This document shows positions 9,428-17,532 of a stretch of DNA of 64,000 bases, piece by piece (within the stretch, counting starts at the first letter, position 1; each line of letters starts with the position of its first letter). Origin of the DNA: Candidatus Nanoarchaeia archaeon (lineage in GTDB: Archaea; Nanobdellota; Nanobdellia; Woesearchaeales; GW2011-AR4); the NCBI GenBank assembly GCA_035288865.1, contig DATDZA010000017.1:12672-76671 (forward strand), written 5' to 3'. The notes below the pieces were generated by a model. That model was not told the origin of the DNA. It did no database searches and was given only the letters and a program-made list of their open reading frames with translations. The position numbers were made by a program, and so were the translations under genes.

Positions 9428-10390
9428 TTATTTATTTCCAACCAGCGCAAACTGGCTCAATAAAGCTTCTAACTGTATAAATTCATCGGAGCCTTCCGTC
9501 ATCCGAAATTCTATTTCGCCGCATTTCTCAATAAGAATCATCTTAGATTTATTATCTGTATCCAGATCAATAATCTCTTTCTGTATCTGTTTTATTACAT
9601 CAGAGCCTGCCAATCCATAAGTAAGCATCAAATCCAGTAATTTGTTTCTTGCATCAATAAATTTGTTCTTTAATGCCAATTCCAAAACTTCTTTTATCTC
9701 TTTCGGCTTTGCTATCGAAGCCATTGAATGCACCAAATCTTCTGTGATATGATTTTCAATTGCTCCCGCGCTTTGCAGAATATTTTCCAGCTTCCTGCAG
9801 TCGCCTTCTGAAACCTCATAAAGCGCCTCTTTAGCCTTATCGTCAATCTTCAGTTTTTCTTCCTTGGCAATGTTGTCTATAATTTCAAAAATTTCTTTTT
9901 TATCAAGCCTCTTGAACCTGAAAACAACACATCTGCTCTGGATTGGGTCAATTATTTTTGAAGAATAATTCGCAGACAGTACAAACCTGCACGTCTGAGT
10001 GTAATTCTCCATAGTTCTCCTCAAAGCCTGCTGTGCTTCTCTTGTTAAGGCGTCACATTCGTCTAGATAAATTATTTTGAAGGGAACATCCCCTATAGCC
10101 CTTGTTCTTGCAAAATCTTTTACTTTGTTTCTTATAATATCAATTCCTCTTTCATCTGAAGCATTCAGCTCAAGAAAATTCTGATGCCACAGGTCTTTGA
10201 AAAGTTTTTTTGCTATCACTAAAGCCAAGCTCGTTTTTCCTACACCGGCAGGCCCCGCAAACATCAAATGAGGCAGGTTCTTTTGCTCAACAAACGCCTT
10301 CACTCTTTTTACTATATCTTTCTGGCCCTTAATGTCAGAGAAATCACTAGGCCTGTACTTCTCGGTCCACAGAGATTTTTCTACATTCAT
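9428..10390 (-). CDS. rfcS: Replication factor C small subunit
   Basis: WTEKYRP, GPAGVGKT, ELNASDERG, DECD, SRC motifs. Confidence 0.97.
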   Translation of the reverse strand: MNVEKSLWTEKYRPSDFSDIKGQKDIVKRVKAFVEQKNLPHLMFAGPAGVGKTSLALVIAKKLFKDLWHQNFLELNASDERGIDIIRNKVKDFARTRAIGDVPFKIIYLDECDALTREAQQALRRTMENYTQTCRFVLSANYSSKIIDPIQSRCVVFRFKRLDKKEIFEIIDNIAKEEKLKIDDKAKEALYEVSEGDCRKLENILQSAGAIENHITEDLVHSMASIAKPKEIKEVLELALKNKFIDARNKLLDLMLTYGLAGSDVIKQIQKEIIDLDTDNKSKMILIEKCGEIEFRMTEGSDEFIQLEALLSQFALVGNK

Positions 10391-10437
10391 TTTTGATATC
10401 TGAGAAACACTATATTGTTTAAAAAGGTATTTATACC

Positions 10438-10833
10438 CTACTTTAGATTTTTGACATCTTTAATTATTTTCAAGTTTCTTATGGGAAGATAGAAAGTTAA
10501 TCCCAAAACTATGATCAGGAAAATTGAAAACAAATATCCCATTATTCCAATATTTAAGAAAGAATTCCAATTTTTGATGCCCTTCAAAGTATAAATAGAA
10601 TATATAACCATAATTAAAAATATAAATAATACAATATAATTTATTGCTAGTATACTTTTCAATTTATTAGCATCAATAATAGATGGAGTAATAAATCCAG
10701 GAACTTTAGAATTTACTTCTCGAAAACATTTTTTATGATACAGGGCAAGTATTGGAATGTTTATATGGCGCCAATAGCTTATAATTAAATCATTTCTAGA
10801 ATTTATAGGTTGTTTGCAGTTTTCGCATTTCAT
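10438..10833 (-). CDS. Small membrane protein with an N-terminal Zn-finger-like CxxC..HxxC
   Basis: MKCENCKQ...YHKKC, then two TM helices; start moved to MKCENC. Confidence 0.6.
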   Translation of the reverse strand: MKCENCKQPINSRNDLIISYWRHINIPILALYHKKCFREVNSKVPGFITPSIIDANKLKSILAINYIVLFIFLIMVIYSIYTLKGIKNWNSFLNIGIMGYLFSIFLIIVLGLTFYLPIRNLKIIKDVKNLK

Positions 10834-10850
10834 ATTGATTACTTTGTTAG

Positions 10851-11207
10851 TTACTGCTCGTTTACTTGCTTTTGGCACAAATCTTTTAGTAAATTAAGTT
10901 CGGCATCAGATACACCAAAACTTGGATCTGCAAGATTATTGCATATTTCAGGATCATTTTTATCCAAAGCAACTCCGATTATGCAGCCACCAACTGCAGC
11001 GGACCTTGCACCCGGCACAGCACCAACAATTCTACTGCAAAAAGAAACATCATTACTCTTTAATGCCATAGTCGTGAAACATAAGTCTTTCCTCATATTA
11101 CTCTTAAAATTTTCACATTTCGATGCCTCTGTATTATAAGATTTGGCGCACCCAGAAATAATAAAAATTCCTAAAACTAAGATTGAGAATAATAAAATTT
11201 TATTCAT
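10851..11207 (-). CDS. Cys-rich lipoprotein (hypothetical)
   Basis: MNKILLF...ISGC lipobox; repeated C...C motifs. Confidence 0.6.
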   Translation of the reverse strand: MNKILLFSILVLGIFIISGCAKSYNTEASKCENFKSNMRKDLCFTTMALKSNDVSFCSRIVGAVPGARSAAVGGCIIGVALDKNDPEICNNLADPSFGVSDAELNLLKDLCQKQVNEQ

Positions 11208-11330
11208 GTTTAATGTTAAAATGGATTTACATACATATAAATATATCGTTTGCAATTAAAAGTTATTCGAACTTAAAATCAAAAACTAAGAATGTTATTA
11301 TTTTTTAATCATTAACATAAAAATAAAATC

Positions 11331-11594
11331 TTAAATTATATCCTCTTCAGCAACAACCATGAAATCGCCGATTGCGATAACTGCGCTGAAAGGTATCAGA
11401 ATATGCCCTTCCTTGTCTTTTTCTAGCTCTAATTTCTCTGTGTAAGAAGTCGGATTATGAAGAACCATATGTATCAATTCGCCTGAGCGTGTCTCAAATA
11501 TAATATCGCCTACTTCGCCAAACCTCTTTCCTGTCTTTGAAACAACAGTCTTTCCAATCAGCTGCTTTGAGAATTTCTTATCGTCTTCCGGCAT
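11331..11594 (-). CDS. PRC-barrel protein
   Basis: LIGKTVVSKTGKRFGEVGDIIFETRSGEL...IPFSAVIAIGDFMVV. Confidence 0.9.
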   Translation of the reverse strand: MPEDDKKFSKQLIGKTVVSKTGKRFGEVGDIIFETRSGELIHMVLHNPTSYTEKLELEKDKEGHILIPFSAVIAIGDFMVVAEEDII

Positions 11595-11718
11595 TTTCTT
11601 CCCTCTTAAGTTAATACGAAATATTGTTGGGCAGGTTGTATTTAAATTTATCGAAAATGCCCCGCAATATGGTCTAATTTTCTATATAATTATTGTCAAA
11701 TTACCTTATAATCGCCAC

Positions 11719-12573
11719 TTAGGCTAACATGTTGTTTATCTTCAATAATTTGTTCATTTCTTCTTCATTGTAGCAAGTTTCCCTTAATCCGCATTTAACA
11801 CATTTATTCTCATTATTGCAGAAATCCGGCAAATTCTTGTTTTCCAATAGACCAATTACTTCATTTACTATTTGCCTTACCTCATCCTTCATGAAAGGAT
11901 TTATTGCAATGTGCCTTTTTTCTTTTGTGTCAAGGTAAAAAACAAACCCCTCCTTTATCGGCTTCCTGAATTTTTCCTGCAAAAGCATGGAGTAAGCTGC
12001 TATCTGTATGCGGTGCGAAGGCCATACGCCTGAATATGGGGCCCTTCCTGTTTTCAGTTCAAACGGCACATAATCTTGCTCATAAACATGAACTTGGTCA
12101 ATTATTCCTTTTAATTTCAATTCCTCTGACTCAACTCTCAGCTCTGACAAAATTTTCGGCGTCAGTCTCTGCCACAATTCATCTCCAAAAACATTATTTT
12201 TTAGTATGAAATCAAAAACATTTTTTGACCTTGTAACCGATTCTTCCATTATGAACGGGAATGATTTTCTATAAGCGTCAAGCATGTTTAAATTTATTTT
12301 CTTTAACCTGTCTTTGTTGTCCGCAATGCTCTTCCTTAGAAATTTCAGGTGATTTTGCTCGTATAATTGTTGCATTTCCGCAAATTCCATTTTTTTTGTT
12401 ATGGAAGTGACAATAAACTCTTCATTCTTGTTTATCTTGTCATAAGTCTCGTGCCTTATGCTTCCCATAACCAAAGACTCCTTGGGCGGCTCTGCCTGCA
12501 TCAAAACTTTTTCAAGAAACAGCTTTCTGGAGCAGTACAGGTAGCTGGACAACAAAGTAACAGAGATTTTCAT
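11719..12573 (-). CDS. cas4: Solo Cas4-like Fe-S RecB-family exonuclease
   Basis: YLYCSRK, G.IRH, KGIIDQV, PFELKTG, QIAAY and C-terminal C..KC.KC...C (four-Cys cluster). Confidence 0.85.
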   Translation of the reverse strand: MKISVTLLSSYLYCSRKLFLEKVLMQAEPPKESLVMGSIRHETYDKINKNEEFIVTSITKKMEFAEMQQLYEQNHLKFLRKSIADNKDRLKKINLNMLDAYRKSFPFIMEESVTRSKNVFDFILKNNVFGDELWQRLTPKILSELRVESEELKLKGIIDQVHVYEQDYVPFELKTGRAPYSGVWPSHRIQIAAYSMLLQEKFRKPIKEGFVFYLDTKEKRHIAINPFMKDEVRQIVNEVIGLLENKNLPDFCNNENKCVKCGLRETCYNEEEMNKLLKINNMLA

Positions 12574-12595
12574 TAGACTTATACTTCAGAATTGG

Positions 12596-12627
12596 TTTAT
12601 AAAGTTTACGTGAAGATGTCCAGTGGT
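12596..12627 (-). promoter_or_regulatory. Conserved 19-bp upstream motif + BRE/TATA of cas4 (copy 1)
   Basis: Minus strand ACCACTGGACATCTTCACG-TAAAC-TTTATAAA, 22 nt before the cas4 ATG. Confidence 0.7.
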
Positions 12628-12651
12628 TTATTAGACATGTAAAATATGCTG

Positions 12652-12852
12652 CCAACAACAAGAATGGCAGGCAAACACGGATTTTCTCGGTGAAAATCCT
12701 ACTCACAAAGGATTTTTCCCAACTTCGTAAGGAAAAATCCTCTGCATTCGATTTGCCGCCATTGTTGTTGGACGAAAACTGAGTGGAGAACAAAAATCAG
12801 TTACGAAGTTCTGATTTTTGTTTTCCGAATAGGGTTTTCTTCAAGAAAACCC
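12652..12852 (+). ncRNA. Candidate structured RNA (multi-stem, kissing loops)
   Basis: Long closing stem 12652-12675/12752-12771; hairpins 12679-12699, 12709-12741, 12785-12826 and 12832-12852. Loops 12721-12730 and 12801-12810 are perfect reverse complements. A G-U pair favours the + strand. Confidence 0.5.
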
Positions 12853-12958
12853 GTGTTTGAGTCCATTGTTATTTTTGATGACAATTAAATTCTGCACTTT
12901 TACTTTTTAATTATACAAACCACAACCTTTATATTCTACTTATTCCAAGAATTAATCT

Positions 12959-13216
12959 ATGAAAGAAGGAGCTTTTATAGGGGCCGTTATAGCCTTGTTG
13001 ATTTATATAATGCTGCCAATCTATGGCGATAATGGAACGCCGGCAAGCGTTTTTCCGACAGCTCAGGTAGTTTCTGACACGAATTCTTTTGACGGCTATG
13101 TCTCAAATCTGCCGTTCAGCACAATGATATTCTTTGCTTTGGAAATAATGGGAGTTTCTCTTGGCATAGGAGCCCAGATGATATTCAGGAAAGTATATGA
13201 GCCAAAGCAGCAATAA
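12959..13216 (+). CDS. Small two-TM membrane protein (hypothetical)
   Basis: ORF with TATA (CTTTATAT) about 25 nt upstream; hydrophobic ends. Confidence 0.6.
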   Translation: MKEGAFIGAVIALLIYIMLPIYGDNGTPASVFPTAQVVSDTNSFDGYVSNLPFSTMIFFALEIMGVSLGIGAQMIFRKVYEPKQQ

Positions 13217-13337
13217 AGATTTTTTTCTAAAATTATTTTATTTTTGATTTATCATAATACATCTTATTTATGAATTTTAATTTTTATTGTAATTTTGTTT
13301 GTAATGCGCAGATTTTATAGAATATAAAATTCTTATT

Positions 13338-13376
13338 GAGAATTTTGAAATATATCCATTTTGTCAAAGTTCTCTA
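13338..13376. repeat. REP-like hairpin element (short unit)
   Basis: GAGAATTTTGA..TTGTCAAAGTTCTCT, homologous to 2750-2790 and to the reverse complement of 27935-27972. Confidence 0.7.
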
Positions 13377-13471
13377 TTCTAAAATTTAAATAAAGAAAAT
13401 CAAGATTTTCTAATTTAAAGGTCCACAAATAAAGATTTGCGACACCTTTAAATATTCATAATTAAAATTAC

Positions 13472-14551
13472 TTGCTTATGGACACTGAAAATAAAATAAG
13501 CCTAATTAAGCAAGTTGGCGAGGAAATAATCACAGAAGAAGAATTAAGAAATCTTTTGCAGACAAAAGAGCATCCAATCGCTTATGACGGCTTCGAGCCA
13601 AGTGGCCAAGATGTTCACATTGCACAAGGAATTCTGAGGTCCATTAACATTAACAAGATGACCAAAGCCGGCGTCAAGTTCAAGATGCTTGTCGCTGACT
13701 GGCATGCGTGGGCAAATAACAAAATGTCCGGCGATTTAGGAAGAATACAGACTGTAGGGAATTATTTGATTGAAGTATGGAAGCATTGCGGAATGGATTT
13801 AAAGAATGTTGAATTTATTTGGGCAAATGATTTTGTTAAAGACACAGATTACTGGAAAAAAGTAATGCAGGTTTCAAGGAATTCAACCGTCAACAGAATA
13901 ATAAGGACTGGCCAGATAATGGGCAGAAAGGAAGCAGATGTGCAGCAGGCTTCTCAAATTTTGTATCCCTGCATGCAGTGCGCTGATATTTTCCAGCTAA
14001 AAGCAGATATTACTCAGCTTGGGATGGATCAAAGGAAAGTTAATGTTTTGGCAAGGGAGCTTGGCCCTTCTTTGGGATTCTGGAAGCCGGTTGTTGTTTC
14101 ACATCATATGCTGATGGGGTTAGGGGAGCCGCCGAAATCAAAAGACATTGACAGAGTAATTGATTTGAAAATGTCTAAGTCGAAGCCGGACACTGCAATT
14201 TTTATGAATGATTCCGAAGAAGATATCAAGAGAAAAATTGGAAAAGCATATTGCCCTGCAAAAGTCACTGAAGAAAATCCGATGCTTGAATATTCAAAAT
14301 ATTTAATTTTTGAAAAATTCAATGTGATGGAATTCAAAAGGCCGGAAAAATTCGGCGGAGATTTAATCGTTGAAAATTATAAAGAATTAGAAAGATTATA
14401 CGCTGAAGGAAAACTTCATCCAATGGATTTAAAGAATGCAGTTTCTCATTATATCAATGAAATGGTAACTCCCGTCAGGGAAGCTTTCCATAAAGATGCT
14501 AAATTAAAGCATCTTCTTGAGACGATTAGGAAGTTTGAAGTGACGAGATAA
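13472..14551 (+). CDS. tyrS: Tyrosyl-tRNA synthetase (archaeal type)
   Basis: YDGFEPSG, HIAQG (HIGH-like), YPCMQCAD, GMDQRK, KMSKS, LHPMDLK. Confidence 0.95.
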   Translation: MLMDTENKISLIKQVGEEIITEEELRNLLQTKEHPIAYDGFEPSGQDVHIAQGILRSININKMTKAGVKFKMLVADWHAWANNKMSGDLGRIQTVGNYLIEVWKHCGMDLKNVEFIWANDFVKDTDYWKKVMQVSRNSTVNRIIRTGQIMGRKEADVQQASQILYPCMQCADIFQLKADITQLGMDQRKVNVLARELGPSLGFWKPVVVSHHMLMGLGEPPKSKDIDRVIDLKMSKSKPDTAIFMNDSEEDIKRKIGKAYCPAKVTEENPMLEYSKYLIFEKFNVMEFKRPEKFGGDLIVENYKELERLYAEGKLHPMDLKNAVSHYINEMVTPVREAFHKDAKLKHLLETIRKFEVTR

Positions 14552-14578
14552 ACATATGTACAGATTGGCTGATATTAT

Positions 14579-15136
14579 TCATGAAAACTCTTTAATCATA
14601 AATTCAAATACTTCTCTTGAATTTTTATCAATATCCTTGTCTTTGCAATGATCATAAATTTTCACTATCCTTCGTCCAATTATTTTAGCGCTTTCTTCAT
14701 TAATTCGATTTAATTTAAAAGCAATATCTGAAATGCATCTGAAAATAGCACTAGTCCAGCGCCCTAATACCAATAAGTTAGACGTTAATCCATATTCAAC
14801 AGTTGCAAAGAATATGCCAAATCCCTCTCCGAGCAATTTAGCCATATACTCATCATTTATTTTTTCATTCAATGCGCGCTCAAGGGTTTTCCTATCTAAT
14901 AATACTTGGTGAAGTACGGTATGGAGTGAGTAAATACCCCCATGCACCTCATCAGCTAACACAGATGCACCTTTTATATAATAAACCCCTAAACTTGCTT
15001 TCTTTAATTCATACTGCTTGTTAAATTCCACGTCAAAAATTTTTTCAAGCCGTTCTTTCTCGTGCGGTTCAAAATTCCCTATTACTTTTAGAAATGCCCT
15101 CAATGCAGCTACTTCATCATTTTGCCATTCAAACAT
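14579..15136 (-). CDS. Hypothetical protein
   Basis: 185-aa ORF with its own TATA-like promoter; no recognised motif. Confidence 0.55.
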   Translation of the reverse strand: MFEWQNDEVAALRAFLKVIGNFEPHEKERLEKIFDVEFNKQYELKKASLGVYYIKGASVLADEVHGGIYSLHTVLHQVLLDRKTLERALNEKINDEYMAKLLGEGFGIFFATVEYGLTSNLLVLGRWTSAIFRCISDIAFKLNRINEESAKIIGRRIVKIYDHCKDKDIDKNSREVFEFMIKEFS

Positions 15137-15191
15137 AATTTGTATTCTATAGAACTTATTAATATATTTATCTTTCTTAATATAAAAAAAT

Positions 15192-16400
15192 TTATTCCTG
15201 CTCTATAACAACCAAAGTGTATTTGTCAGTAAAATACTTTGCCGAAATTCTTTTAACGTCTCCAGCAGTTATTTTTTTTATATTATTTATGTAAGAATCT
15301 GCAAGCTTTGCGTCTTTGATTGTATCCCAGAACGAAAAATTATCAGTGCAATGAAAATTGTCTTCCATCTGCAATGTGTGGTTCCCTTCAATAAATGTTT
15401 TTGCCTCATCAATGTCAAGTTTTGTAACTTTCATTAATTTATGGAACTGTTGCATGATAATTTCTTTTGCCTTGCCAATATTTTTTTTGTCAAGATTTGT
15501 ATATACCGCAAACATTCCGTAATCTATCTCGCTTTCATTGTTGATTCCAACCTGATAAGCTAAGCCGCGCTTGTTTCTTATCTCGTCAAACATCCATCCG
15601 GACTGGCCTCGGCCGAGAATTGCAGTTATGACATCAAAAACATAGCTGTCTTTGTGCATTCGCGGCACTGCCTTGTAGCCTAAAACCGTGTATGAGTTCA
15701 GAGTTTTTTTCTTTCTAACGACTTTTTTCATTCTATTCTGTGCAGGCTCGTTAACTTTTGCCCTTGTGATAATTTTTTTTGGCTTTAGCTCATGAAAATA
15801 CCTCTCTATTTTTTTCCTGACATTGTTAACATTTCCCGCCACCGAAATAATCATGTTATTTGGTATATAATGTGTCGCATAATAATCAACAAGCTGATTT
15901 CGCGTGATTGCTTTTACTGTCTCAGCAGTTCCGTATGTTGGATTACCGGCAGGATGCTTTTCAAACAATGCATGCTGGAACAATATCCATTGGAACAGTC
16001 GAGGATCATCATTGACCATGTTTATTTCTTTTAAAATAACCTGCTTTTCTTTTTGCATGATTTTTTCCCCGAATACCGGATTCTTCACCATGTCAGAAAG
16101 AATATCAAGTGCAACGTCAAATTTTTTGTTTATAATCTTGATAAAGAAGGCCGTCCTGTCTCCTGTCGTGTAGGCATTAAAATCGCCGCCGTATTTTTCA
16201 ATTTCATTTGCGATTTCTCTGCTTGTTTTTCTTTTCTTTGTGCCCTCAAAAAGCATGTGCTCAAGAAAATGAGAAATTCCTGCAACTTTCAGATTTTCGT
16301 AATTTGAGCCGATTTTAAACATAATTTCGACAGCAACAGACTTTGAAGAAGTCTTCTCGAAAATTAGCGTTATTCCGTTTTTCAGTATGTGTTTTTGCAT
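15192..16400 (-). CDS. M16 (pitrilysin/insulinase) family peptidase
   Basis: Inverted zincin motif GISHFLEHMLFEGT, FNAYT, EKQVILKE, IRNKRGLAY. Confidence 0.95.
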   Translation of the reverse strand: MQKHILKNGITLIFEKTSSKSVAVEIMFKIGSNYENLKVAGISHFLEHMLFEGTKKRKTSREIANEIEKYGGDFNAYTTGDRTAFFIKIINKKFDVALDILSDMVKNPVFGEKIMQKEKQVILKEINMVNDDPRLFQWILFQHALFEKHPAGNPTYGTAETVKAITRNQLVDYYATHYIPNNMIISVAGNVNNVRKKIERYFHELKPKKIITRAKVNEPAQNRMKKVVRKKKTLNSYTVLGYKAVPRMHKDSYVFDVITAILGRGQSGWMFDEIRNKRGLAYQVGINNESEIDYGMFAVYTNLDKKNIGKAKEIIMQQFHKLMKVTKLDIDEAKTFIEGNHTLQMEDNFHCTDNFSFWDTIKDAKLADSYINNIKKITAGDVKRISAKYFTDKYTLVVIEQE

Positions 16401-16447
16401 GTTCTTAAAAGAAAAGATTTAAATGGTTTATAAGACTTATTGTTTTC

Positions 16448-17518
16448 ATGAAAATAAAAGAATTCCAGGATATGCTTGAAAAAAAGAATCTGGATGCGGC
16501 AGTCTTCTATAATTCTGAATTTCCCAGAATAAACCCGAATATGGTTTATTTCTCTGGCTATACTGGTTTGGGAGTTCTCGTGGTTCCTCGGAGAAAAGAG
16601 CCATTTTTGATAGCCCCTGAAATGGAATTCCAGAAAGCCAAGAAATCAATGATAAGAAAAGTATTTTCAATGCAGAAAAAAAGATTTTTTGAATCCGTGT
16701 CTGATATAATAAAAATAAACGGCATAAAAACAAAAAATATTGCAATTGACCGGAATAATTTTACTTTAAACTCTTTCAAATATTTTAGAAAGTCATTTAG
16801 GAAATCCAAATTTAAGGATGTTGCAATGAACTGCATTAAATTAAGGGAAATAAAAAGCAATAAAGAAATTGAATATCTGAAAAAATCATGCGGTTACGCC
16901 GATAAAATAATCCAGAAAACAATAAACAATTTTAAGGGCTTCAAAACAGAATCAGAAGCTGCGGCATTTCTGGAATATGAAACCAAAAAACTAGGCTTGG
17001 AATTATCATTTAACCCGATTGTTGCCTCAGGAAGCAACGGCAGCATGCCGCATCACGAGCCTAAAAATAAGAGGATGAAAAAAGGGCTGTGCGTCATAGA
17101 TTTTGGTGTAAGGTATAAGGGATATTGCTCGGACATAACCAGAACTATTTGCGTTGGAAAGCCAAAAAAAGAGGAAATTGAAATGTATACTCTATTATTA
17201 AAAATACAAAATGGCGCTATAAATAAAGTTAAAGAAAATAAAAAATGCTCTGAACTTTATGATTTTGTGAATAAAAATCTCGGAAAATACAAAAAGTATT
17301 TTACTCACGGGCTCGGGCATGGAGTTGGAATTGAAATCCATGAAATGCCAAATCTAAGCCTGAATTCAAAGGATAGAATACAAAACAACATGGTTTTTAC
17401 TATAGAGCCTGGAGTTTATTTTCCAAATAAATTTGGGATAAGAATTGAGGATACCGTTTTATTTAAAAATAAGCCAATAGTCTTGACAAAAACATCAAAA
17501 GATTTATTAACAATTTAG
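16448..17518 (+). CDS. M24 Xaa-Pro aminopeptidase/dipeptidase
   Basis: IDFGV...YCSDITRT, HGLGHGVGIEIHEMP, TIEPGVY, GIRIED. Confidence 0.95.
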   Translation: MKIKEFQDMLEKKNLDAAVFYNSEFPRINPNMVYFSGYTGLGVLVVPRRKEPFLIAPEMEFQKAKKSMIRKVFSMQKKRFFESVSDIIKINGIKTKNIAIDRNNFTLNSFKYFRKSFRKSKFKDVAMNCIKLREIKSNKEIEYLKKSCGYADKIIQKTINNFKGFKTESEAAAFLEYETKKLGLELSFNPIVASGSNGSMPHHEPKNKRMKKGLCVIDFGVRYKGYCSDITRTICVGKPKKEEIEMYTLLLKIQNGAINKVKENKKCSELYDFVNKNLGKYKKYFTHGLGHGVGIEIHEMPNLSLNSKDRIQNNMVFTIEPGVYFPNKFGIRIEDTVLFKNKPIVLTKTSKDLLTI

Positions 17519-17532
17519 TCTTTCTGAATAAA

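Noticed and set aside
12609-12640. tRNA-like 5' half (GTCCAGTGGT...GAC D-arm look-alike), possible split tRNA
   Set aside because: No U8, no anticodon arm or BHB-forming leader; the fixed 5-nt spacing to TATA in three copies is better explained as a promoter element.
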